Origin: Flavobacteriaceae bacterium
Lineage (GTDB): Bacteria > Bacteroidota > Bacteroidia > Flavobacteriales > Flavobacteriaceae
Length of the DNA: 32,000 bases
Reading direction: 5' to 3'
Assembly (NCBI GenBank): GCA_965224465.1
Contig: OZ245049.1
Coordinates: forward strand, 5,040,001 to 5,072,000
The notes beneath the pieces were generated by a model. The model was given only the letters and a program-made list of their open reading frames with translations, had not been told where the DNA came from and ran no database searches. The translations under genes were made by a program, and so were the position numbers. Positions within the stretch are counted from its first letter, which is position 1. Each line of letters opens with the position of its first letter. Positions 1 through 8,373 of this stretch are shown piece after piece.

Positions 1-1269
1 ACAAAACCACCCTTCCATCCTACAGTTTTTGTTGATATTCGTAAGCGAATGGGTGCAAGTAATTTTGAAGCATGGAATGCACTTGTTATAGAAAGAGCAG
101 ATGAATTAAAACCTGATAAAAAGAAGAACATTAGTAAAAATAAGAATGATACTTCTCAAAACAAAGGCACACTAAAAATTGATGCCACCGTAGCGAATCA
201 GAAAATAGCATTTCCTACTGATGCAGGATTGTTAAATGGAGCAAGAAAAGAGAGTGAGCGGATTATTGATTTATTATACAAAGAAGCTGGTTTGGATAAA
301 AAGCCACGTGATTACCGTAGAATAGCTAGGACAGAATACTTAAACTTTTCAAAAAACAGAAGAAAGTCGCAAAAAGTAATTCGTAAATTTATTCGAAAAC
401 AGTTAGGTTATTTAAAACGTAATATCAGTTATATCGAATCACTTTTAGATCAGATCGAAGCTCAAAGAAAACAAGGACAATCAGTAGGAGTATTTCCCGA
501 TTTAAAAGATGCTTATCCATTTAGGTTTCCAATTTCTAAACGAGATCAGAAAATATACTGGGTTGTACAACTTCTTTATGAGCAACAGCAATTCATGTAT
601 GATCAAAAAGTACATAGCGTAAAAGACAGAGTTGTTAATATCTATCAGCCTTACGTACGTCCCATAGCAAGAGGAAAAGACAATGCAAGAACAGAGTTTG
701 GCGCAAAAATAAGCGGAAGCGAAGTAGACGGAATGAGTCGTGTAGAACACATCAGTTGGGATAATTTTAATGAATCCATAGACTTAGAACTCCAGATAGA
801 AACCTACAAAACTACCTTTGGTAATTATCCAGAATTGTTATTGGCAGATCGTATTTATCTGAATAGAAAGAACAGGAAGTGGCTTAAAGAAAGAGAGATT
901 CGTATTGTAGGAAAACCTTTAGGGCGTCCACCAAAACAAGAGCTCAATGCGTATCAGAGACGAAAACTAAAGAAAGAGCGAAACCAAAGAAATCTAATCG
1001 AAGGAAAATTTGGGCAAGCTAAAAATGGATACGGACTAAGCAATATAAAAGCCAAAACAAACGACACCTCACAAAGCTGGATTGGTGCAATTTTCTTTGT
1101 AATGAATCTAGTAACTTTATTAAAAATAGCAGATCTATATGCTATTTTTTATGCCTTTTTTAAAAAAGGAATAAAAATAGTATTTGTTCAAAAAATGAAT
1201 CAAATAAGTTCTTCTGTTTTTTTAATAGAAGTGGTTATTATCATGAAAATAGATATATATCTAATCTGA
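1..1269 (+). CDS. DDE transposase, IS4/IS5 superfamily (IS5-family-like); 5' end lies upstream of the window
   Basis: Frame 1 is open from nt 1 (TKPPFHPTVFVDIRKR precedes the tracked Met at 49). DDE_Tnp_1-type blocks are present: IDATVANQKIAFPTDAGLL (first Asp), LLADRIY (second Asp), NLIEGKFGQAKNGYGL...FFVMNL (Glu block). Confidence 0.8.
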   Translation, partial: TKPPFHPTVFVDIRKRMGASNFEAWNALVIERADELKPDKKKNISKNKNDTSQNKGTLKIDATVANQKIAFPTDAGLLNGARKESERIIDLLYKEAGLDKKPRDYRRIARTEYLNFSKNRRKSQKVIRKFIRKQLGYLKRNISYIESLLDQIEAQRKQGQSVGVFPDLKDAYPFRFPISKRDQKIYWVVQLLYEQQQFMYDQKVHSVKDRVVNIYQPYVRPIARGKDNARTEFGAKISGSEVDGMSRVEHISWDNFNESIDLELQIETYKTTFGNYPELLLADRIYLNRKNRKWLKEREIRIVGKPLGRPPKQELNAYQRRKLKKERNQRNLIEGKFGQAKNGYGLSNIKAKTNDTSQSWIGAIFFVMNLVTLLKIADLYAIFYAFFKKGIKIVFVQKMNQISSSVFLIEVVIIMKIDIYLI

Positions 1270-1306
1270 AGTTTAGTTAATCGCTTATAAAATCAGCAAG
1301 CCCTAA
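1..1306 (+). mobile_element. Right-hand part of an insertion sequence; right terminus unresolved (somewhere between ~1135 and 1306)
   Basis: Transposase ORF followed by an abrupt junction with a truncated Rhs-type remnant on the other strand. The left end and inverted repeats are outside the window. Confidence 0.5.
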
Positions 1307-1530
1307 TTACTCCACCCATTTGTATTTTCTATATAAATCAACAGCTTTCATTCTGTCAGTCTCAATAAAATAAATAGGATTATCAGAGGTATAATTAGAA
1401 GGTGAGTGCCTGCGAATTTGTTCTGCCAACTGGTCAATATTCATCCATCTAGCAATTGCAGGGTGATAATTCCTTGCTTAAAAACCATAGGTCTTATAGA
1501 TAGTTTTATACTCTTCTGACCTTAAATAGA
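1307..1530 (-). pseudogene. Decayed remnant of an RHS repeat-associated core end (core/toxin junction)
   Basis: Minus-strand translation 1477->1307 gives ARNYHPAIARWMNIDQLAEQIRRHSPSNYTSDNPIYFIETDRMKAVDLYRKYKWVE*. This parallels the Bacteroidota Rhs core end pattern GARxYDPxxGRWxxxDPLAE...SPYxYxxNNPIxxxDPDGM with key residues replaced. An in-frame TAA sits just upstream (..YKTYGF*ARNY..) and there is no start codon. Confidence 0.6.
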
Positions 1531-1806
1531 AAAAATTTTATTCAAATAAGTCCAGCTTTCTATTGGCTATGATGGTTTTATTTGTCCCACCGATTATGGT
1601 CAACTTTTGCCATTTGGTTTTGGGGTAAAAAATAACTACAGTTCAATTAATACCACTTTAAAAGATCAAGTTCAACTAAATTGTTGCCTAAAACGCAACA
1701 TGGCTAATGCACTTGATCCGATGGATTTAAAACAAATGAGTCTAAACGCCTACTAAGCTACTTAAGATTCCTAGTGCAACGTCCAATAATAATAATAAAG
1801 GTTTTT

Positions 1807-1824
1807 AGGGACATTTTTGTCCCT
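1807..1824. terminator. Hairpin immediately 3' of the lytic transglycosylase gene
   Basis: AGGGACA-TTTT-TGTCCCT, a perfect 7-bp stem, 5 nt from the stop codon at 1829-1831. Flanking T/A runs are weak. Confidence 0.45.
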
Positions 1825-1828
1825 TTGT

Positions 1829-2767
1829 TTATTGGGGAATTTTTAAATAGTATTTTTTATGAGAAGCATTGTTTAATTTGTTTTGTTTTAACCACGGATT
1901 TAATAGTTTTAATTCTTTGTAGTTGGTGCCTAGAGATTTAGCGTATTTAGCAATGTTTGGAATGCTTGAATTTACTTCTACAATTTGACTAGGGGATAGT
2001 GTGTATAAATCTTCGGGATCGAATGTAAACCCATACAGTTTTGGGTTGCTAATAATTTCTTTTACAGCAATAATTCGCAACATGTAGCGTGCTGTTTCTT
2101 CTACCAATAATAAATCGTAGTAATCAGTTACCATTTGAGCTTTTAATCGTCTTGATATTCCTGCTCTTCCAGCATTATAGGAAGCAGCTGTTAAAGTCCA
2201 GTTTCCATACCTTTCAAAAGATTTTTTCAAGTATTTACATGCAACCTCGGTAGATTTTTCTAGATGGTATCGTTCATCTACATTATCGTTGATTTCCAAT
2301 CCGTTTTCTTTTCCTGTGGCTTTCATTATTTGCCAAAAACCTTTAGCTCCAGCAGGTGAAGTTACGTTTTGTAGCCCACTTTCTATCAGCGCCAAGTATT
2401 TAAAATCGTTTGGAATGCCATATTTTTCTAAAATTGGCTCAATAATGGGAAAATATTTATTGGCTCTTTTAAAAAGTAATAAACTATTGGATTGCCAATA
2501 TGTATTGACTAATAATTCACGATCTATGCGTTCTTTAACGTCCCATTTTTCTAAAGGAAGACGTTCTCCTGCAAAATTTAAGTTGTTTGGAATTTTAACT
2601 GCACGGATCTGATACAGTTCACTCACGTTTTTTGTGGTTTCGTTTTGTGTTTTATCGGATTTTGTAGGAACCAACGTCGTTTTTATGCTTGACTTTGTAG
2701 CAAATATAAAAAATGAGCTAAGCAGTACAATGTTGATGATTAGTAGTATACGTAAAGACCTTTTCAT
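1829..2767 (-). CDS. Lytic transglycosylase (SLT domain, MltD-like) with N-terminal membrane anchor/signal
   Basis: SLT catalytic block ALIESGLQNVTSPAGAKGFWQIM and downstream AASYNAG; hydrophobic N-terminus LLIINIVLLSSFFIFA. Confidence 0.8.
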   Translation of the reverse strand: MKRSLRILLIINIVLLSSFFIFATKSSIKTTLVPTKSDKTQNETTKNVSELYQIRAVKIPNNLNFAGERLPLEKWDVKERIDRELLVNTYWQSNSLLLFKRANKYFPIIEPILEKYGIPNDFKYLALIESGLQNVTSPAGAKGFWQIMKATGKENGLEINDNVDERYHLEKSTEVACKYLKKSFERYGNWTLTAASYNAGRAGISRRLKAQMVTDYYDLLLVEETARYMLRIIAVKEIISNPKLYGFTFDPEDLYTLSPSQIVEVNSSIPNIAKYAKSLGTNYKELKLLNPWLKQNKLNNASHKKYYLKIPQ

Positions 2768-2798
2768 AATTCAGCAATTTATTTTTGTTCTTAATATA

Positions 2799-2806
2799 CA
2801 AAAATA
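2799..2806 (-). promoter_or_regulatory. Bacteroidota -7 box (TATTTTTG on minus strand) upstream of the lytic transglycosylase gene
   Basis: Matches the TAnnTTTG consensus; 32 nt upstream of the ATG at 2767. No clear -33 TTG. Confidence 0.35.
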
Positions 2807-2982
2807 TTAGAAATATCGTAGGAATGGAGTGTGTTTTATAATTATTTATTTTAGGACAATGGGTATAGTTATTGGATTATTTTTTATTTTATATAGCGTA
2901 GCTTTTAAGGAATTTATTTTCGGTGTTATTGACTTTTGAGATAGAATTCTTAGGAGCTCTTCTTTTCGAAACTTTCCTGTTT

Positions 2983-3648
2983 TTAGAGCTTGGATAATTC
3001 TTTGTCAATAATGGCACTAATGGTTTTTGCTTTATTCAAAATCATGATATGCGTACCTCCCTTTATTTTGATTGGCTTTACGATATGTTTGATAGGGAAT
3101 ACATAGTCTTCTGTGCCATGGATTTGTATGGTATTAGGAAGAGGAGTTGTTTGTTTCCAATGTAAGACGTTATAAATGGCCCAGATTAAGTATTTTTCAT
3201 CTTTCATGGTCAAATAATTTTCGTAAAGTTTGATGCGTTTTTGAACAAAATCACCAAACAGAAACTTAGAAAATTGATCTAGGTTTTGTACTGCTTTTAC
3301 TGGGAATAGCTTGTAAGCTTGTGTTTTTTGAATTACTTTGAGGCGTTTGGGAAGTTCTTTGTTTGTTTTTACACTAGAAATTAGAACTATAGAGCGTGTT
3401 TTTAGGTGTTTACTCATTTCTTGAACCATAATTCCTCCGAAAGAAACACCTAGTAATACTGGGTTTTCGTGTTTTATTTGGGCGGCCATTCTCTTGGAGT
3501 AATCCTCTATGGTTTCCTTATTAGAGAAAGGAACTAGCCATTCTAATGTGTAGACCTCATATTTTTCTTTATCAAATTGTAAGAATTCAAATATTTTTGT
3601 GCTTGCAGCAAGTCCAGGAACAAAATATAAAGGTGTTTTACTGTTCAT
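2983..3648 (-). CDS. Alpha/beta-fold hydrolase
   Basis: Nucleophile elbow GVSFGG, later GTEDYV and GGTHIM (Asp/His region). 4 nt downstream of mtaB, so probably co-transcribed. Confidence 0.65.
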   Translation of the reverse strand: MNSKTPLYFVPGLAASTKIFEFLQFDKEKYEVYTLEWLVPFSNKETIEDYSKRMAAQIKHENPVLLGVSFGGIMVQEMSKHLKTRSIVLISSVKTNKELPKRLKVIQKTQAYKLFPVKAVQNLDQFSKFLFGDFVQKRIKLYENYLTMKDEKYLIWAIYNVLHWKQTTPLPNTIQIHGTEDYVFPIKHIVKPIKIKGGTHIMILNKAKTISAIIDKELSKL

Positions 3649-3652
3649 TTTT

Positions 3653-4984
3653 TTAGATGTATGTGGGGGTTTCTATCCAGTTAAATTTCACCAAGCCATC
3701 TTCATCTATTTCACTTAAGTTAACTTTGTGAATAGTGTTGATTAAGCTGGGATTCCAATGTGTTTTTACTTTGACATAGTTCTCTGTAAATCCGTAGATA
3801 TAACCATGTTTGTTTTCTCCTTCAAAAAGTACGGAAAGTGTATTGCCTAATTGAGATTCGTAAAAGGATCTACGTTTTTTTTCTGACAAGCCACGAAGCA
3901 TTTTACTGCGTTTATTTCTTACTTTTAAATCTACGCTACCTTCCATGGAAATGGCCTCTGTATTTGGGCGTTCAGAATAAGTGAACACATGTAAGTAGGA
4001 AATATTAAGATTATTTATATAATTATAGGTCTCTAAGAACAATGCATCTGTTTCTCCAGGAAATCCAACAATAACATCGACTCCGATACAAGCGTTTGGC
4101 ATTACTTCTTTAATCTTTGCCACTCTGTTTGTATAGGTTTGTGTTAAATAACGACGCTTCATTTTCCGGAGCAACACATCACTTCCTACTTGTAACGGAA
4201 TGTGAAAATGTGGTACAAATGATTTAGAATTTGCAACAAACTCTATGGTTTCGTTTTTTAAGAGATTGGGCTCGATAGAGGAGATGCGTAGCCTGTGGAT
4301 TCCTTCAACATCATCCAGTGCTTCTACGAGTTCACTAAAGGTGTTTTCGTGTTTTTTATCGCCAAATTCACCTTTTCCATAGTCACCAATATTCACGCCT
4401 GTCAATACAATTTCTTTAATCCCTTTGGCGGATATTTGTTTAGCGTTTTCTAATACATTATTTAAGGCATCACTTCTAGAGATTCCTCTAGCTAATGGTA
4501 TGGTGCAATAGGTGCATTTATAGTCACAACCATCTTGTACCTTTAAAAAAGCACGTGTTCGATCTCCAATGGAGTATGAACCTACGTAAAAATCGGCTTC
4601 TTCAATTTCACAAGAATGTACTTCTGCGATAGGTTTTTTTGAAAGGTTATTGATGTAATCGGTTACTTTAAACTTTTCGGTAGCTCCTAAAACCATGTCT
4701 ACACCATTTATATTGGCAAGTTCTTCTGGTTTGAGTTGAGCATAACAACCAATGGCAATTAGAAAGGCATTTTCGTTCAGTTTTAAAGCAGATTTTACAA
4801 TGGTTTTAAATCGCTTGTCTGCATTGTCTGTAACAGAACATGTGTTAATTACATAGATGTCAGCAATTTCATCAAATTCAACACGTTTAAATCCTTCTTG
4901 AACAAAACTTCTTGAGATCGTAGAGGTTTCTGAAAAATTTAATTTACATCCTAAAGTGTAAAAAGCTACTTTTTTATCTGACAT
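3653..4984 (-). CDS. mtaB: tRNA t6A37 methylthiotransferase MtaB (radical SAM)
   Basis: N-terminal MTTase cysteines (TLGCKLN, NTCSVT, GCYAQ), radical-SAM CDYKCTYC, 443 aa, MtaB-type N-terminus rather than the MiaB TYGCQMN type. Confidence 0.85.
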   Translation of the reverse strand: MSDKKVAFYTLGCKLNFSETSTISRSFVQEGFKRVEFDEIADIYVINTCSVTDNADKRFKTIVKSALKLNENAFLIAIGCYAQLKPEELANINGVDMVLGATEKFKVTDYINNLSKKPIAEVHSCEIEEADFYVGSYSIGDRTRAFLKVQDGCDYKCTYCTIPLARGISRSDALNNVLENAKQISAKGIKEIVLTGVNIGDYGKGEFGDKKHENTFSELVEALDDVEGIHRLRISSIEPNLLKNETIEFVANSKSFVPHFHIPLQVGSDVLLRKMKRRYLTQTYTNRVAKIKEVMPNACIGVDVIVGFPGETDALFLETYNYINNLNISYLHVFTYSERPNTEAISMEGSVDLKVRNKRSKMLRGLSEKKRRSFYESQLGNTLSVLFEGENKHGYIYGFTENYVKVKTHWNPSLINTIHKVNLSEIDEDGLVKFNWIETPTYI

Positions 4985-5309
4985 TCTGTAATTTTATCTT
5001 TTATTCCTTCTAAGGTGTTTAATTCCTCGATGCTTGTATCGCAATGGTACTTTTTTTTAATTTTCAGTTCATGTTGATTTGCAAAGAAGTATCAACAAAT
5101 AAACATTATAAAGCATGAGTTATCCCGAAAATGGAGTGCAAATTTACAATAATTTTACCAATAAAAGCAGAACAATTGATTTGGAAACTGCTTAAAATTC
5201 AATAGTTTAAGAATATCTTTTATGTTTGGTTAATTTTTATAGATATATTGTGTTCATTTAAAGGATTGTTTTTTTTTATCCCTTATTGTGGGTTTAATTC
5301 CCCGAGACG

Positions 5310-5466
5310 CTGCCTCGAATATAAAATAGTTTTTTGGTACGATGCCTTGTTCTTTTCGAGCGCAGCTATTGATTAGAATAAAATAGAATTGTGTGTATAA
5401 TTTTCGCCTAGCTAAAACAAATAATAATTCCATTTATAAACCGTCACTTGTAAATGTATTTGATAT
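5310..5466 (-). repeat. Interspersed ~155-bp element, copy D (divergent, left end rearranged)
   Basis: 5399-5466 ATTTTCGCCTAGCTAAAACAAATAATAATTCCATTTATAAACCGTCACTTGTAAATGTATTTGATAT aligns with the right half of copy C. 5320-5398 aligns more weakly (AATATAAAATAGTTTTTTGGTACGATGCCTTG vs GATGTAAATAGTTTGTTTTACGTTCTAGCCTTG). Confidence 0.6.
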
Positions 5467-5607
5467 TACACCAATTTAAAGTTGCCTAATTATATTGATT
5501 TACTTTTTAGGGGTTATAAAACGTACATTAGTTCGCACCGTCTTTGTTGGGGAAGCTGTTTTTACGAATAGATGATAAAAAAAAGAAACGATATCATAGT
5601 ATATGGT

Positions 5608-5615
5608 TAAATTTG
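5608..5615 (+). promoter_or_regulatory. Bacteroidota -7 box TAAATTTG upstream of the ABM-domain gene
   Basis: Exact TAnnTTTG match ending 23 nt before the ATG at 5639. No -33 TTG found. Confidence 0.35.
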
Positions 5616-5638
5616 TATGAGTTATAAAAGTAGAAGCA

Positions 5639-5965
5639 ATGAAGAACAAGCATCATTATTATGCTGTGATATTCACATCCCTTAGAACGGATGGTGAAAA
5701 AGGGTATAGCGATATGTCCGTACGGATGATAGAATTAGCAAAAAAACAACCTGGATTTATTGGGATTGAAAGTGCTAGGGAGACTGTTGGGATAACTGTT
5801 TCTTATTGGGAATCTTTAGAAGATATTCAGAAATGGCGTGTCCATTCAGAACATAAATTAGCGATAGAACAAGGAAAAGAAATTTGGTATTCGGAATTTA
5901 AAGTACGGATTTGTCAAGTACTACGCGAGTATGATTTTTTACTAGAAAAAAAAGACGCACAGTAA
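5639..5965 (+). CDS. Antibiotic-biosynthesis-monooxygenase (ABM) domain protein
   Basis: 108-aa ferredoxin-like ABM pattern: YAVIFTS...PGFIGIESAR...VSYWESLEDIQKWRVHSEH. Confidence 0.65.
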   Translation: MKNKHHYYAVIFTSLRTDGEKGYSDMSVRMIELAKKQPGFIGIESARETVGITVSYWESLEDIQKWRVHSEHKLAIEQGKEIWYSEFKVRICQVLREYDFLLEKKDAQ

Positions 5966-5980
5966 TGCACGTCTTTTTTA
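5947..5980 (+). terminator. Rho-independent terminator overlapping the ABM gene stop codon
   Basis: AAAAGACG (5950-5957) pairs with CGTCTTTT (5970-5977), followed by a T-rich tract TTAATAGTTTTTTTT. Confidence 0.5.
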
Positions 5981-6013
5981 ATAGTTTTTTTTCGGATTCG
6001 TAGCATTGGTATG

Positions 6014-6168
6014 ATACCAATTAAAACCCAAAATAACAGATGTAAATAGTTTGTTTTACGTTCTAGCCTTGTTTAACAATAGAACGATAGCTATCCTTAG
6101 ATCTTTTGTCTAGTTAAAACAAAAAACAATTCCATTGATGAACTGTCACTTGGAGATGTTTTTGGTAT
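6014..6168 (-). repeat. Interspersed ~155-bp element, copy C (full length, inverted orientation)
   Basis: ATACCAATTAAAACCC...CGTTCTAGCCTTGTTTAACAATAGAACG...CCGT/CTGTCACTTGGAGATGTTTTTGGTAT. Its reverse complement aligns end to end with copies A and B. Confidence 0.85.
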
Positions 6169-8294
6169 TATTTGTTGTTTAAAACGATATAATCTAGCAT
6201 TTTATGCATCAAATGTATGCGGTCTCTACCTCTTACATTGTGTTCGTGCATGGGATAGGTAAAAAAGTCTACCTGTATGCCTTCTGTGACTGCTTTTTTT
6301 AATAAGCTCATACTGTGTTGTGGCACTACAACAGGGTCTACACTTCCGTGAATTAGTAGCATTTTACCTTGTAAATTCTTGATGTAATTTGTTACATGGG
6401 CTTTTTTATAGCCTTCGGGGTTTTCTTGCGGGGTGTCCATATAGCGTTCTCCGTACATTACTTCATAATATTTCCAGTCGATTACAGGACCTCCAGCAAC
6501 TGCTGTAGTAAATACTCCAGGATGTCTTAACATTAAGGAGGTGGTCATAAATCCTCCGTAGCTCCAGCCGTTTATGGCAATTCGATTGCTGTTTACATAA
6601 GGGAGCGATTTTAAATATTCTACACCTGTTAATTGATCTTCCATTTCATGAACTCCTACATTTCTATGAATGACGTTTTCAAAGGCAAATCCTCTGTTTT
6701 TGGATCCTCTATTGTCTAAAGTAAATAGAATGTAATCTTGGTTTGCGCTAAAAATGGGCATCCATAAACTTGCACCTTCCATCCATGTATTGGTGACCAT
6801 TTGAGCATGAGGACCGCCATAGACGTAAAGAAGTACTGGGTATTTTTTTGAAGGGTCAAAATTGGCAGGTTTTGTAATTCTTGCATGCAATACGATCCCT
6901 TCTTTTGTAGAAAGATCTACAAATTCACTGGTTCCTAATTTATATCCTTTTAGGGGATTCTCTGCTTTGAAAATTTCAGTTTTACGTCCTTTTTTTACAG
7001 AAATTAGTTGACTTATTTTAGGAGTCGTACTATTAGAATAAGAATCTAGTAAATAAGTACCGTTAGCGTTCAATAGTGTTCTATGTGTTCCCGGTATGCT
7101 TGTTAGTGCGGTAGATTTACCGCTTTTTAGATTTATTTTAAAGCTGTGTTTTTCACGGCCATCTTTTCCTGTACCTGAAATGATTACGTGTTTTCCTTTG
7201 GCATCAAACCCAAGAATATCTTGAACAACCCATTTAAAATTAGTCAATTGTTTTACGAGTTTTCCATTTGTGGTGTATTGGTAAAGATTCATAAAACCAT
7301 CACGTTCACTAAACCAAAGAAAGTCTGTTGTACTATTAGGTAAAAACGTAGCAGGATGTTCTGGCTCTGCCCAAGTGTCTTCCTGTTCTTCAAAAAGTGT
7401 AGCGATTTTTTTTCCGTTACTTACATCGTATTTGTTAAACCAAACATGATTTTGTCCTCTGTTAATTTCGGCTAAAAACACCTGGTTTTCATCAGGAGAC
7501 CAACTTAGATTTGTAAGGTAGTGTTCGTCGGTAGTGTCTATGTCTAAATAGCTTAATTGCGCACTTGATATTCTATAAATACCAATTTTTGCTTGTTCAC
7601 TTCCTTGACCTGCCATTGGGTATTTTATGCTTTTTAAAGTGGCTGGGTAGCTTGTTATGTCTACTAGAGGATAGGAAGAAACATTGGTTTCGTCTTTTTG
7701 ATAAAAGGCTAAGTAATTTCCTTTTGGACTCCAGAAAATTCCGCCAGAAATTCCAAATTCATTTCTGTGAATGGCTTGTCCAGAAACTATGTTTTTGTCT
7801 GAGATAGCAGTAATTGCAATTTTTTCTTGGTTTTTTGTAGCGAGGTATAAATTATTTTCAAGGGTGTAGGCTACTAAAAGAGGTGCTTCTCTAAATGTTA
7901 CGTTTTCTGCATTTTCAGGAAATTGAATGCGTGCTGTTTTTGTTTTTTTTATATAATTATAGCGAACATAACTATTTTTTAGTCTGAAGGTTAAATGCTG
8001 TGTATTGATGCTTGTTATATTGGGCAGTCTTTGGAGTGTAGGAAAAGACTGTTGCAATTCCTTTAATGTAATAGTTCGGATGTTTTTGTGTGTTGCAGCA
8101 TCTGTAATTATAAGGGCGTCTTTAGAACGTGCTATATAAGTTTCGCTATCGTCTACCCATTGTAAACCACGCATACTTTGTGGGTAAAGACCTTTGTAAT
8201 ATCCTAATACGGAGTCTTCGATGGTGAGTTCTTTTTGCTGCGCCACACTTTGAAAAAGTATGAAAGATACGCAAAGTATCATTATTTTTTTCAT
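6168..8294 (-). CDS. S9 family serine peptidase, dipeptidyl-peptidase IV-like, secreted
   Basis: N-terminal propeller-type region plus catalytic GWSYGG with downstream Asp/His region (GSVDPVV, YPMHEHN). Start placed at MKKIMILCVSF (signal peptide) because a TAnnTTTG box at 8322-8329 lies inside the longer tracked ORF. Confidence 0.85.
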   Translation of the reverse strand: MKKIMILCVSFILFQSVAQQKELTIEDSVLGYYKGLYPQSMRGLQWVDDSETYIARSKDALIITDAATHKNIRTITLKELQQSFPTLQRLPNITSINTQHLTFRLKNSYVRYNYIKKTKTARIQFPENAENVTFREAPLLVAYTLENNLYLATKNQEKIAITAISDKNIVSGQAIHRNEFGISGGIFWSPKGNYLAFYQKDETNVSSYPLVDITSYPATLKSIKYPMAGQGSEQAKIGIYRISSAQLSYLDIDTTDEHYLTNLSWSPDENQVFLAEINRGQNHVWFNKYDVSNGKKIATLFEEQEDTWAEPEHPATFLPNSTTDFLWFSERDGFMNLYQYTTNGKLVKQLTNFKWVVQDILGFDAKGKHVIISGTGKDGREKHSFKINLKSGKSTALTSIPGTHRTLLNANGTYLLDSYSNSTTPKISQLISVKKGRKTEIFKAENPLKGYKLGTSEFVDLSTKEGIVLHARITKPANFDPSKKYPVLLYVYGGPHAQMVTNTWMEGASLWMPIFSANQDYILFTLDNRGSKNRGFAFENVIHRNVGVHEMEDQLTGVEYLKSLPYVNSNRIAINGWSYGGFMTTSLMLRHPGVFTTAVAGGPVIDWKYYEVMYGERYMDTPQENPEGYKKAHVTNYIKNLQGKMLLIHGSVDPVVVPQHSMSLLKKAVTEGIQVDFFTYPMHEHNVRGRDRIHLMHKMLDYIVLNNK

Positions 8295-8321
8295 GGATAA
8301 AATAAGTTTGAGTTTAAGACA

Positions 8322-8329
8322 CAAAGATA
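8322..8329 (-). promoter_or_regulatory. Bacteroidota -7 box (TATCTTTG on minus strand) upstream of the S9 peptidase gene
   Basis: Exact TAnnTTTG match 28 nt upstream of the ATG at 8294. Confidence 0.4.
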
Positions 8330-8373
8330 CGTAATCACATGTTTTAAAGAAGGATAAATATCATAAAGGGCTG

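Noticed and set aside
1-1306. The idea that the ~155-bp interspersed element is a MITE derived from the IS at the window's 5' edge.
   Set aside because: Nothing in 1135-1306 resembles ATACCAA/TTGGTAT or the element's arms, and the IS left end is not available. No evidence links them, so the autonomous partner, if any, remains unknown.
5072-5097. Hairpin TGTTGAT-12 nt-ATCAACA upstream of mtaB, plus other 6-7-bp inverted repeats in the 4985-5310 spacer.
   Set aside because: The stems are short and AT-rich, lack flanking T-runs and are not repeated elsewhere in the window. They are indistinguishable from chance in AT-rich DNA.
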